DNA of 64,000 nucleotides from the NCBI GenBank assembly GCA_965214705.1, contig OZ243972.1:3168001-3232000 (forward strand), in the 5' to 3' direction. The notes under the pieces are model-generated. The model searched no databases, was not told the origin of the DNA, and saw nothing but the letters and a program-made list of their open reading frames with translations. Of the stretch, positions 20,185-29,785 are shown in pieces. The position numbers were made by a program, and so were the translations under genes. The stretch's first letter is position 1; each line of letters opens with the position of its first letter. This DNA comes from Alphaproteobacteria bacterium. Lineage in GTDB: Bacteria; Pseudomonadota; Alphaproteobacteria; UBA828.

Positions 20185-21780
20185 TCATTGGCCTCTCGTC
20201 TCGGGCTGCCCGTAACCGCCGCCGCCGCAACTCTCGACAATCACCACGTCGTCCCTGTCGAGGCGCAGGTTCGCCTTGCCCGGCATGTCCTCCCGGCGGC
20301 CGTCGGCGTGCGCGATGGTCACGCGGAAGGGCGCGCCGTCTTCGCCTCCTTGCAGGCCGTAAGGCGGCACCACACGCCGCTCGAACATCGAGGTCACCGA
20401 CATGTCGTCGGTGAGCACCCGGTAGGCGCGGTGCAGACCCTCGCCGCCCTGCTGCCGGCCAGCGCCGCCCGAGCCCTGGCGCAGGCGCTGGCACTCGATG
20501 CGGATCGGGAACTCGGCCTCCACCACCTCGGCCGGCGTGTTCATCACGTTGGACATGTGCACGCGCACCACCGGCGCGCCGTCGCGGTCGTGCCGCGCGC
20601 CTTCGCCGCCGCCGTGGACCTCGTAGAGCGTGGTCCAGGCGCCGTCCGCCCGCCTGCCGCCGAACAGCACGAGGCCCGACGTGGTCGGCCCGCCGGCGGA
20701 GATGCGCTCGGGCCCCACGGCTTCGAAGGCCTTGAACACGGCATCGGCGATCCGCTGCGAGGTCTCGTGATTGCCGCCCACCACGGGGCTCTCCGGGCCT
20801 GGATCGAGCAGGGAGCCGGGCCGGGTCACGATCTCCAGCGGCCGGTAGCAGCCGCCGCTCGGCTGGATCTCGGGGCCGAACAGGGTCTTCACCACGTAGA
20901 AGACCGAGGCCGCGGCGATGAAGGGCGTGGTGTTCACCGGCCCCCGCGCCGCGTCGTCGGTTTCGGAGAAGTCGAAGCGCGCGCCGTCACTTGCGATGGT
21001 GACGCGCACACGAACGGCGACCGGCCCGCCGCCGCCGGCATCGTCGTCGAGCCAGTCCGCGCCTTCGTAGGTGCCGTCAGGAATCGCGGCGAGGGCCGCG
21101 CGCATCTGCGCCTCGGCCCGGTCGTGGATCGCGCCGATGGCGGCCAATACTGTCTCCCGCCCGTGCTCCGCGCAGATGTGCTGCACGCGCTCGTCTGCGG
21201 CCCGGCTGGCGGCGACCTGCGCCAGGATGTCGCCCTCGCGCTCGTCGGCGCCCCGCACGTTGGCGCAGATCATGTCGAGCTTCTCGCGGTCGGGGCCGGC
21301 GGCGGTGAAGAGGCGGAAGGGCGGGATGCGCAGGCCTTCCTGCCAGGCGTCGGTGGCGCCGGCGACGTAGCTGCCGGGCACAGCGCCGCCGATATCCGCC
21401 CAGTGCGCGAGGCTCGCCGCGAAGGCCACGATGGAGCCATCCACGAAGATCGGCCGGATCGCCTTCACATCGGGCAGGTGGTTGCCGCCGACCTCGGGCA
21501 GATTGAGGAACCAGACATCGCCCGGTTCCAGCCTTTCCCTGGGCACCCGCTTCAGGAACTCGCGCACGGTGAAGCTCATCACCCCCATGTGCATGGGGAT
21601 GTCGCGGCCCTGGGCGATGAGGTGGCCGTCGGCATCGGTCAGCGCCGAGGAGAGATCGCCGGCCTCGCGCAGCAGCGGCGAGCGGGCCGAGCGCATGACC
21701 ACGAGCGACATCTCCTCCGCCGTCGCCGACAACGCATGGCGGATGACCTCGAGGGTCACCGGGTCCACGGCGCGGCTCAC
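20185..21780 (-). CDS. Hydantoinase B / oxoprolinase family protein
   Basis: DPVTLEV, GGNHLPD, HWADIGG, GGGGYG. Confidence 0.92.
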   Translation of the reverse strand: MSRAVDPVTLEVIRHALSATAEEMSLVVMRSARSPLLREAGDLSSALTDADGHLIAQGRDIPMHMGVMSFTVREFLKRVPRERLEPGDVWFLNLPEVGGNHLPDVKAIRPIFVDGSIVAFAASLAHWADIGGAVPGSYVAGATDAWQEGLRIPPFRLFTAAGPDREKLDMICANVRGADEREGDILAQVAASRAADERVQHICAEHGRETVLAAIGAIHDRAEAQMRAALAAIPDGTYEGADWLDDDAGGGGPVAVRVRVTIASDGARFDFSETDDAARGPVNTTPFIAAASVFYVVKTLFGPEIQPSGGCYRPLEIVTRPGSLLDPGPESPVVGGNHETSQRIADAVFKAFEAVGPERISAGGPTTSGLVLFGGRRADGAWTTLYEVHGGGEGARHDRDGAPVVRVHMSNVMNTPAEVVEAEFPIRIECQRLRQGSGGAGRQQGGEGLHRAYRVLTDDMSVTSMFERRVVPPYGLQGGEDGAPFRVTIAHADGRREDMPGKANLRLDRDDVVIVESCGGGGYGQPETRGQ

Positions 21781-23792
21781 GGGGCGGCTCCGGTAGCGAT
21801 GTGGAGGTGGCCAGCATCGTCGGCGGTGAGCGTGGCGCCGGGCGGCACGACCACGGTCGACCACGCATCGTCGACGATGACCGGCCCATCCAGCGAACTA
21901 TCCGGGCTCAGGCCCGCGCGGTCGTAGCGCGGCGTCGGCACCGATCCGCCGGAATCGAAGGTGCAGGGCTGCGTCTTGGTGGGGGAGGGCGGCTCGTTCG
22001 CCTTGGTCGCAGGGGCACGAACCTCGCCGTTGCGGGGCGCCGCGACGCGCATCCGGATCGAGACCAGCTCCCACGGCTCCTCCGTGGCGAAGCCGTAGAG
22101 CACCCGGTGGCGCTCCATGAAGGTGCGGCCCAGCTCCAGCGGGTCGTCGAGCGCCGCATCCGCGATCTCGATGGCGTAGCTCTGGCCGCTGTAGCGGACC
22201 GACGCCACTTCCTCGACCGTGAGCGTTGCGTCCTCGTGGCCGGCCGCCGAGAGCGGCGCGACGAGGGTCGCGCGGAGCTCCCGCCGCACGCCGTCCACGC
22301 GCGCCTGATCCCAGGCCTCTGCGGCCATGCGCAGCGTGCGCTGCTGCGCGTAGCTCATCTCCGCGCCGACGCAGCCCAATGCCGAGAACATGCTGGAATG
22401 GGCGGGGACCACCACCGTGCCGATGGAGAAGGCGCGGGCCAGCGCCACGGCGTGCATGGGCCCCGCGCCGCCGAAGGCGAGCAGCGTGCAGGTGCGTCCG
22501 TCGACGCCGCGCTCCACCGTGACCCGGCGCAGCGCTCGCAGCATCGCCGCGTTGGCCACCCTGGCCACGCCCAGAGCCGCAGCCTCCGGCGTCATGCCCA
22601 TGGCCGTACCGAGCGGCGCGATCACGTCGTGGGCCGCGCGCGCATCCAGGTGCACGTCGCCGCCCAGCACGCGGTCAGCGTCCATGTAGCCGAGCGCGAG
22701 GTTGGCGTCGGTCACGGTGGGCCGGTTTCCACCCTTGGCGTAGCAGGCGGGTCCGGGGATGGCGCCGGCGCTCTCCGGCCCCACCATGAGCGAGCCGTGA
22801 TCGAGCCGGGCAATGGAGCCGCCGCCCGCCCCGATGGACTCCACCGCCACCATGGGCTGGCGCAGGGGCCGCCCGCCGAGGGAGCGGTCGCTCGCGATCT
22901 GCGCCGCGCCGCCCAGGATCAGGCAGACATCGGTGGTGGTGCCGCCCATGTCGAAGCTGATGGCGCGTTCGATTCCCAGCGCGCGGGCCATGCGGCCGGC
23001 GGCAGCGACGCCGGCGGCGGGGCCCGAGGCGGCGAGCCCGAGGGGCAGGTCTCGGAGCGCCGCGGGCGAGGCCATGCCGCCGGCGGAGTGGAAGAGGTGC
23101 AGCCGGGAGGCCTCCGGTTTCGCCGCTTCCAGATCGTCCATGTACGCGGCGGCCAGCGGCATGACGCCGGCGCTCAGCGCCGTGGTCGCCGTCCGCTCGT
23201 ACTCGCGGGCCTCGGGATTGACCCGGTGCGAGAGCGCGACGAAGGGAAAGCGCGCGCGCAGCCGCGCGCCCAAGGCCTCCTCGTGGGCGGGGTTGGCGTA
23301 GGAATGCAGCAGCGAGACGGCGACCGCCTCGGCATCGCTCGCAGCGACGCGTCCGATCGCCTCCTCCACCGAGTCCGGGTCCAGCGCGGTCATGACCCGG
23401 CCGTCGTGGTCGAGCCGCTCGGTCACCTCGAAGCGGCGTTCGGCCGGCACCTGGGGTGTGAGCTTCGGCGGCAGGTCTAGCCGGTAGAGGTGGCGCCGGT
23501 TCTGGCGCCCGATGGCGAGCGTGTCCGAGAAGCCGCGCGTGGCGATCAGCGCGACCTTCGCGTGTGCACCCTGGATGATGGCGTTGGTGACGATGGTGGT
23601 GCCGTGGATCAGGTCGTCCACGTCCGCCCATTGGAGATCGACCGCGCCGAGCGCCGCCACCAGGCCCGCGATGCGGTCGTCGGTGCGGGAGGGGACCTTC
23701 GCGGCTCTCACCTCGCCGCGCGCCCGGTGATGGGCGATCACGTCGGTAAACGTGCCGCCGACATCGATACCGACTTGCCATCCCTTCGGCAC
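21777..23792 (-). CDS. Hydantoinase A / oxoprolinase family protein (ATP-binding)
   Basis: DVGGTFTD, SGPAAG, DMGGTTTD, GAGGGS, FGGAGPMH. Confidence 0.92.
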   Translation of the reverse strand: MPKGWQVGIDVGGTFTDVIAHHRARGEVRAAKVPSRTDDRIAGLVAALGAVDLQWADVDDLIHGTTIVTNAIIQGAHAKVALIATRGFSDTLAIGRQNRRHLYRLDLPPKLTPQVPAERRFEVTERLDHDGRVMTALDPDSVEEAIGRVAASDAEAVAVSLLHSYANPAHEEALGARLRARFPFVALSHRVNPEAREYERTATTALSAGVMPLAAAYMDDLEAAKPEASRLHLFHSAGGMASPAALRDLPLGLAASGPAAGVAAAGRMARALGIERAISFDMGGTTTDVCLILGGAAQIASDRSLGGRPLRQPMVAVESIGAGGGSIARLDHGSLMVGPESAGAIPGPACYAKGGNRPTVTDANLALGYMDADRVLGGDVHLDARAAHDVIAPLGTAMGMTPEAAALGVARVANAAMLRALRRVTVERGVDGRTCTLLAFGGAGPMHAVALARAFSIGTVVVPAHSSMFSALGCVGAEMSYAQQRTLRMAAEAWDQARVDGVRRELRATLVAPLSAAGHEDATLTVEEVASVRYSGQSYAIEIADAALDDPLELGRTFMERHRVLYGFATEEPWELVSIRMRVAAPRNGEVRAPATKANEPPSPTKTQPCTFDSGGSVPTPRYDRAGLSPDSSLDGPVIVDDAWSTVVVPPGATLTADDAGHLHIATGAAP

Positions 23793-23855
23793 AGGCCTGC
23801 CTCCGGATGCCGGGTCGCCGGGCGGCCTTTCTTGCGGACCGTTACGGCGACCGAA

Positions 23856-23921
23856 GTTATCGAATATCGAAAGTTATTTCGATAACTCGATAAAGATGCG
23901 CCGTCTCCGGGCGTCCGTCAA
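23856..23921 (-). promoter_or_regulatory. Putative sigma70 promoter with overlapping palindromic operator
   Basis: TTGACG-N17-CATCTT on the minus strand; GTTATCGAA...TTCGATAAC palindrome at 23856-23886. Confidence 0.6.
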
Positions 23922-24070
23922 CAGGAAATTTCGACAGTGCGGTGGAGTGGCCGGTGACAGGGTGACCCCCTGTCGCGCCGGAAGGCGCGCGGAATCGCAG
24001 GACGGCCGGCTGCCGTGAGCGATAAAGAAGCCGGAGCGTTTCCGTGCAAAACGGAAACGCTCCGGAGGAG

Positions 24071-25303
24071 CTAAGACGCTCCTTGTCCAGGCTCCGTCGC
24101 GTTGACGAGCGCGGCCATGTTTCCATACGGGTGGCGGTTCTCGTACATCTGCTGATGCGCCTCGCCAATTTCGTCGAACGAGAAGGTGTGAGACAGGCAG
24201 GGGTCGACCTTCCGGTCCATGATCATCCGGTTTACGGCCGCAGCCTGCTCGTCGTTCGAAAGGTGGCTGCCCTGAAACCGCTTCTGCCGCATCCAGTGGT
24301 AGCGAAGGTCAAGTGTCGCGGTGTACCCGGTCGTTCCGGCGCAAATGACGATCATGCCGCCCGTCGCACACAGGAATCCCGAGGTCGGCAGCGTCGCCTC
24401 GCCCGGGTGCTCAAAGACGATGCGGGGGCTCGCCTTCTCGCCAGCCGCTTCCCAGAAGGCCTTGCCGAACGCCCGGGCGCCCTTGAACCACTGCCCCCAA
24501 TCCTTGCTGCTCGTGTCAGGCATCGGACCCCAGTGGTCGAAATCGTTCCGGTTGATCACGCCGACGGCGCCGTGGTCGAGACAGAACTGCCGTTTCTCTT
24601 CATCGGACACCACTGCCACCGGTTTGCCGCCGTTTGCCGTCACGATCTGGAGCGCCAGCGCGCCGAGCCCGCCGGCGGCGCCCCACACCAGCACATAGTC
24701 GCCCTCTTCGACGACGTTCGGCGACCAACCCATGAGCATTCGGTACGCAGTCGACGCGCAAAGCAGGTAGCAGCCGGCGGCCTCCCATGAGAGATGCTTG
24801 GGCTTCGGCTGACACTGGTGGGATTGGGCCCGGGCAAACTGGCAGTAGCTGCCGTAATTGGTCTGGTAGCCCCAGATGCGCGTGCTTTCGGCGAGCATGG
24901 GGTCGCGTCCGGACAGCACCCACGGGTCGTCCGGCTCCCACCAACCGCTATGGACGACGACTTCGTCACCGGGGCGGACGTTTGTCACCTGATCGCCGAC
25001 TGCGATCACGATGCCCGAGCAGTCGCTGCCACCCGCATGAAAGTCCTCCGGCTCTCCCTTCCTCTGCCGGTCGGCGATGACATCGACGGGCGTGCCGAGG
25101 GCCGCCCAGACGTTGTTGTAGTTGATTCCGGTTGCCATGACGTAGACGAGCACGTCGAGCGGACCGATTTCGGGGGTGTCGATGACTTCTCGCTGCCATG
25201 CGTCCTTGGGTTCGCCGAAACGATCCTGGCGCACGGCGAACGCATGCATCTTTTCCGGCACCTCACCCAGCGGCGGGCGGTCGCCGAGATCACATAGCTC
25301 CAT
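24071..25303 (-). CDS. ccr: Crotonyl-CoA carboxylase/reductase-family enoyl-thioester reductase
   Basis: [37 protein letters not shown]. Confidence 0.82.
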   Translation of the reverse strand: MELCDLGDRPPLGEVPEKMHAFAVRQDRFGEPKDAWQREVIDTPEIGPLDVLVYVMATGINYNNVWAALGTPVDVIADRQRKGEPEDFHAGGSDCSGIVIAVGDQVTNVRPGDEVVVHSGWWEPDDPWVLSGRDPMLAESTRIWGYQTNYGSYCQFARAQSHQCQPKPKHLSWEAAGCYLLCASTAYRMLMGWSPNVVEEGDYVLVWGAAGGLGALALQIVTANGGKPVAVVSDEEKRQFCLDHGAVGVINRNDFDHWGPMPDTSSKDWGQWFKGARAFGKAFWEAAGEKASPRIVFEHPGEATLPTSGFLCATGGMIVICAGTTGYTATLDLRYHWMRQKRFQGSHLSNDEQAAAVNRMIMDRKVDPCLSHTFSFDEIGEAHQQMYENRHPYGNMAALVNATEPGQGAS

Positions 25304-25402
25304 TTGCTTCCTCCCCTCACGCTCCGCTATCCACATTGGGGACGAAGCCGCAGGCACTAGGTCTTCACGCGATAACCTGCCATCAGCAGCGCGTGTGTGC
25401 TT

Positions 25403-25426
25403 AAGCTATTTCGATATCTCGCTAAT
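25403..25426. promoter_or_regulatory. Operator-like motif shared with the hydantoinase operon promoter
   Basis: AAGCTATTTCGATATCTCGCTAAT vs AAGTTATTTCGATAACTCGATAAA (23871-23894), 20/24 identical. Confidence 0.55.
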
Positions 25427-25589
25427 TGTCGAGTAAATCTGCTGCCGTGCTCTCCCCAGAATTCGAGTTATTGCCGAAACCCCGTTTTCCAGCACCACCG
25501 GCTTCGCCGGTGCGGTCCCCGACTCCGCAGCGCCGGTGTACCGGATCGCCGCATGGGCTCTCGAATCGGAAACCAAAGCCTCTTCGGTT

Positions 25590-25740
25590 TGGAGTTGCCC
25601 CGCTTTGGCGGACACCTGATCAGTTGGGAGAAAGGGGTCCACGATGTCGATGACACCTCCGCCCTATGTATCTGCGTTCCGTGAACGGATGGTCGAGCTG
25701 GTTCGCTCGGGCCGCTCACCGGAGGAGCTGGCTAGGTTCG
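25590..25740 (+). pseudogene. IS3-family remnant (left IR and start of OrfA)
   Basis: TGGAGTTGCCCCGCTTTGGCGGACAC end; MSMTPPPYVSAFRERMVELVRSGRSPEELAR. Confidence 0.75.
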
Positions 25741-25748
25741 GGCCGGGG

Positions 25749-26432
25749 TCATCCTGACTGAGGGGGCGGCAGTCCGAACAGGAAACGACGGCTGCCCGCC
25801 AGCTCGCGGCGGCGCTTCAGGTCCATGGTGCAATCCTCGGCGGCATCCAGGGCGCGCACGGCGCTCTCGTAGAGCGGGAGGGCTGCGGCGACGGCGATGG
25901 AGGGCCGGATGCGCTCCACGGTGAAGTCCAGCTTTTCGCGCGCCTGCGCGATGGTGTAGCGGCCGTCCCGCACCCAATCGACGGTGATCCAGTCCAGCGT
26001 CTCCAGAAACGAGAGCGAATCCGCCGCCTGCACGAAGTCGGCCTCCCAGCCGCCGCCGATCTCGTGCCGCAGGATGAGCCGGCGCACCCGTCGGATGAAC
26101 GCCTCGTCCGGCGCCGGCGTGCGGCTGCGCAGCCACTCCTCGACGATATTGGCGGAGCGGGTGGAGTGGGCAAAGAGATAGTCGGGATCGTCGAAGCCGT
26201 TGCTCGGCGTGCTGGAAGGGCCGCCGGGGAAGAACCGCTCGGCATCGTGCGTCAGCGCCGCGAACCTGAGTTCTGGCGAGGCCTCGGGGCAGATCTTGAT
26301 CGCCCACATCCGCGTCGCGATCAGGTGCTCCAGTTGGTAGAAGCCGTCCAGCCATTCCATCGCGTCGTCTTCCAGCGGCGAGAGCGCAGCGTTCGCGTAG
26401 CGGCCGCGGGCGGGATACTCCATGTCGGTCAC
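25749..26432 (-). CDS. HD-domain / DUF4202-like putative metal phosphohydrolase
   Basis: H...LTHDAER...HS...RHE...ADSLSF pattern. Confidence 0.7.
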   Translation of the reverse strand: MTDMEYPARGRYANAALSPLEDDAMEWLDGFYQLEHLIATRMWAIKICPEASPELRFAALTHDAERFFPGGPSSTPSNGFDDPDYLFAHSTRSANIVEEWLRSRTPAPDEAFIRRVRRLILRHEIGGGWEADFVQAADSLSFLETLDWITVDWVRDGRYTIAQAREKLDFTVERIRPSIAVAAALPLYESAVRALDAAEDCTMDLKRRRELAGSRRFLFGLPPPQSG

Positions 26433-28804
26433 CTCTTCCTGGCACCGGAGCCGCGCGCGTCCCGTGCGTCCGCCAGCGCTTGCCAGACGCGCTCCGGCGT
26501 GAGCGGCAGGGTCGAGATTTCGACGCCATAGTCCGCCAGCGCATCGCAGACGGCGTTGGCGACCGCCGCCGCCGGCGGGATCGTGCCGACCTCGCCCACG
26601 CCGCGCACGCCGAAGGGCGTGACATGGGAGGGGACCTCGGTGTGCAGCAGGTCGATGGGCGGCACGTCCATGATGGTGGGCGCGAAGTAGTCCAGCATGC
26701 TACCGCTCACGAGCTGGCCCGTGCTCTCGTCGTAACGCAGCTCCTCCGCGAGCGCCGCGCCCAGCCCCTGCACCAGGCCACCCCGCACCTGGCCTTCGAC
26801 GAGCGGCGGGTTGACCACCACGCCGCAGTCGTGCGCCATCACGAAGCGCTCAACGTCGAACTCGCCGCTCTCGTCATCGACCGAGACGACGGCAGCGGCG
26901 GTCCCGAACGAGAACGATGCGTGCGAGGGCTCGAAGTGCGCGGACGCCTCCAAACCCGGCTCCTCGTCCTCCGGAATCCCCTGCCCGATCATCGCGCGGG
27001 TGAAGATGTCGGCGAGCGGCACGGTGCGGCCCGGCTCGTCCCTCACGCGCACGACGCGCCCGCGCACCTCCAGCGCTGCAGGCGTCGATTGCAGCACCAT
27101 GGCCGCGATGCGAAGGGTCTTGTCGCGCAGCGCACCCGCCGCCTCGCGGATGGCGCCGGCGGCGGCGATCAGGGTGCGCGAGGCGAAGGCCCCGGTGTTG
27201 AGCGGCGATGCGCCGCTGTCGCCGGCGTGGACCGTAATCGCCTCGTAGTCGATGCCGAAGACCTCTGCGCAGACTTGCGCGAACGCCGTCTCGCTGCCTT
27301 GCCCGAAGGTCGAGACGCCGGTGTAGAGGTCGATGCCGCCGGATCGGTTGGCCCGCAACGTCACGCTCTCGTGGGCGCCAAAGCGGGAGCCGCGGCCCGC
27401 GAGGAAGCGCGCGCTGGCATAGCCCGTGCGCTCGACGAAGGAGGCGAAGCCGATGCCGGTCAGCCGCTCGTCGTCCCGGCATTCCCGGCCTTCGGCGCGG
27501 TGGGTGTCGTAATCCACCGCGTCGGCGGCCATCTCCAGCGTCTTCAGGTAATCGCCGTTGTCGTAGACCGCGCGGCTCGGCGTGGTCCAGGGCAGGTCCT
27601 CCGGCCGCAGCATGTTCTGCCGCCGCAGCTCCAGCGGGTCGACGTCCAGCCGCCGCGCCAGCCGGTCAAGCAGAACCTCCAGCGCGAAGTTCACCTCCGG
27701 CTGGCCGTAGCCGCGATAGGCTCCGATCGGCGTCTTGTTGGTGAGCGCGACCCAGCGTTCGACCGTCGCATCGGCCACCTTGTAGGGGCCGGTGAAGACC
27801 ACGCTGGAAAGCTGCGCCGAGCCGTAGGTCGAGTTCCAGGCGCCGAGGTCGGTGGTGTACCGGTTGGTGATCGCGACGATGCGGCCGTCGGCCTCGGCAC
27901 CGATGCGGACGTCATGCACGGCCTCGCGCGCCTGAGTGCTGGCGCGGAAGAACTCGAGGCGGTCCTCGATCCACTTGACCGGACGCCGCAGCGCCATCGC
28001 GTGCAGCACCGCCAGCACGTCCTCGGGGTAGAGCCCGAGCTTCATGCCGAAGCCGCCGCCGACATCGGAGGCGATGACGCGGATGCAGCCCTCGTCGAGT
28101 GGCAGGCACTCCGCCAGCTGCTGCCGGATCAGGTGCGGCGTCTGGGTGGAGGCGTGGACCTCTAGCGTGCGGGCGCCGGCGCGCCAATGGGCGACGATGC
28201 CGCGCGCCTCCATCGGCAGCGCGCTCACCCGGTTCACGTGGAAGCGCCCCTCGACGACGACCGGGGCCGCTTCCATGCGGCTCTCCGGCTCGCCCGCGCG
28301 GTCCACGTTGCTGGTCAGCAGGTTCGAGGGCAGCGTTTCCGGATGCAGCACCGGCGCGTCGTCGGCGAGCGCGCCGAGCGTGTCGGTCACATGCGGCAGG
28401 GGCTCGTAGTCGATGTCGATCAGCTCCAGCGCGTCCTCGGCGACCGCGCGGCTGGTCGCGACCACGCTCACCACCGGCTGCCCCTCGTGGATCGCCTCCT
28501 CGCCTGCCAGCGCGTAGTAGGGCAGCAGCGGCGCGCCGGGCACGGGCCTCAGCACTGTCAGCGGCTCGCTCGCGGCCCGCACGTCGGCGCCGGTCAGGAT
28601 GTGCCGCACGCCGGCGAGCGCGCGGGCTTGCGCCACGTCGATCGCGCCGATGGCGGCGCGGGGGAAGGGGCAGCGGCCCACCGCCATCTCAAGCTGATGG
28701 GCAAGCTGTACGTCGTCGGTGAAGAGGCCGTCGCCGCGCAGCAGGCGGTCGTCCTCCTTGCGCGGGAGCGCGGCCCCGATGAGGCTACGGCGGGGTACGC
28801 TCAC
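26429..28804 (-). CDS. CoxL/xanthine-dehydrogenase-family molybdopterin subunit
   Basis: RKED.RLL, GGGFGMK, AYRGYGQPE, GQGSET, GVGE. Confidence 0.92.
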   Translation of the reverse strand: MSVPRRSLIGAALPRKEDDRLLRGDGLFTDDVQLAHQLEMAVGRCPFPRAAIGAIDVAQARALAGVRHILTGADVRAASEPLTVLRPVPGAPLLPYYALAGEEAIHEGQPVVSVVATSRAVAEDALELIDIDYEPLPHVTDTLGALADDAPVLHPETLPSNLLTSNVDRAGEPESRMEAAPVVVEGRFHVNRVSALPMEARGIVAHWRAGARTLEVHASTQTPHLIRQQLAECLPLDEGCIRVIASDVGGGFGMKLGLYPEDVLAVLHAMALRRPVKWIEDRLEFFRASTQAREAVHDVRIGAEADGRIVAITNRYTTDLGAWNSTYGSAQLSSVVFTGPYKVADATVERWVALTNKTPIGAYRGYGQPEVNFALEVLLDRLARRLDVDPLELRRQNMLRPEDLPWTTPSRAVYDNGDYLKTLEMAADAVDYDTHRAEGRECRDDERLTGIGFASFVERTGYASARFLAGRGSRFGAHESVTLRANRSGGIDLYTGVSTFGQGSETAFAQVCAEVFGIDYEAITVHAGDSGASPLNTGAFASRTLIAAAGAIREAAGALRDKTLRIAAMVLQSTPAALEVRGRVVRVRDEPGRTVPLADIFTRAMIGQGIPEDEEPGLEASAHFEPSHASFSFGTAAAVVSVDDESGEFDVERFVMAHDCGVVVNPPLVEGQVRGGLVQGLGAALAEELRYDESTGQLVSGSMLDYFAPTIMDVPPIDLLHTEVPSHVTPFGVRGVGEVGTIPPAAAVANAVCDALADYGVEISTLPLTPERVWQALADARDARGSGARKR

Positions 28805-29292
28805 GGTGAGGTCTCGGACTCGTCCACGCCCAGGTACGCCTCCACCGCGCGCCGGATGTTCTCGTAGCCGGTGCAGCGGCAGAGCACGCCGACAAGCTCC
28901 TCGCGGATCTCCGCGCGGGAGAGCGTCCGCCCGCTCGCCTTCAGGCTCTCCGCCAGCATCAGGAAGCCCGGCGTGCAGTAGCCGCATTGCAGCGCGTGGT
29001 GCCGCTTGAAGGCTTCTTGCGCGGCGTTCAGGCGGTCGCCCTCGGCCAGGGCCTCGACCGTCGTGACATCCGCGCCGTCCAGCTGCACGGCGAGCATGAG
29101 GCAGGACTTGATGGCCGCGCCGTCCACCAGGATCGTGCACATGCCGCAGACGCCCTGCTCGCAGCCGACGTGGGTGCCGGTCCAGCCCAGCCGATGGCGC
29201 AGGAAGTCGGCCGCGTGCATGCGGACGGGCGCCTCCGACGACACCGCCTCGCCGTTCAGGCGGAAGGCGATGGCAAGCTCATTGCCGCTCAA
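28801..29292 (-). CDS. Mo-hydroxylase 2Fe-2S subunit (CoxS-like)
   Basis: GCEQGVCGMC, QCGYCTPG, LCRCTGY. Confidence 0.92.
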   Translation of the reverse strand: MSGNELAIAFRLNGEAVSSEAPVRMHAADFLRHRLGWTGTHVGCEQGVCGMCTILVDGAAIKSCLMLAVQLDGADVTTVEALAEGDRLNAAQEAFKRHHALQCGYCTPGFLMLAESLKASGRTLSRAEIREELVGVLCRCTGYENIRRAVEAYLGVDESETSP

Positions 29293-29785
29293 CGGCGGCC
29301 TCCTTGGGTCGTGGCGCCGCGCCGGGCGCATCGGCGGCCGAAAGCGCCTGCTCCAGGTTGCCGGCGAACTCCGCGGTCACCTTCGCGGCGTGCTTGTTGA
29401 TCACGGCGCTTCCGACGGTGCCGAGCACGCCAGCGAGCGCGACCTCGCCCTCCACCGCGACGCAGGTTTCGCCGCCCTCGTCGGTCAGCGTGACCGCGTT
29501 CTGCGCCCGGAAATTGCCGACCGCGCCGCGCACCGCCTTGCCGGTCGCCGTGAACGCGATGCGCGCGCCGGCGACGCGTTCGGTGATGCGGACCTTGGCC
29601 TGGAAGGTCGTCGACATGGGCCCGAGTTTCTGGGTCGCGCGGACTGAATAACTGTCATCCTCGCCCTCCAGTGGCTCGGCCTCTTCGACGCCGGGCATGC
29701 ACTGCGCAACCTCCAGCGGCCGCTCGAAGAAGCGCCAGACCTCGTCGCCGCTCGCCCGGAGGCGGAACTCGTGGCGATATTTCAT
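29279..29785 (-). CDS. coxG: CoxG-like SRPBCC accessory protein
   Basis: VW....VAQCMPG; lies between the FAD and FeS subunit genes. Confidence 0.85.
   Translation of the reverse strand: MKYRHEFRLRASGDEVWRFFERPLEVAQCMPGVEEAEPLEGEDDSYSVRATQKLGPMSTTFQAKVRITERVAGARIAFTATGKAVRGAVGNFRAQNAVTLTDEGGETCVAVEGEVALAGVLGTVGSAVINKHAAKVTAEFAGNLEQALSAADAPGAAPRPKEAAVERQ

Noticed and set aside
24062-25729. 11-bp direct repeat CCGGAGGAGCT flanking ccr
   Set aside because: The second copy lies inside the IS3 OrfA remnant; likely chance in GC-rich DNA.
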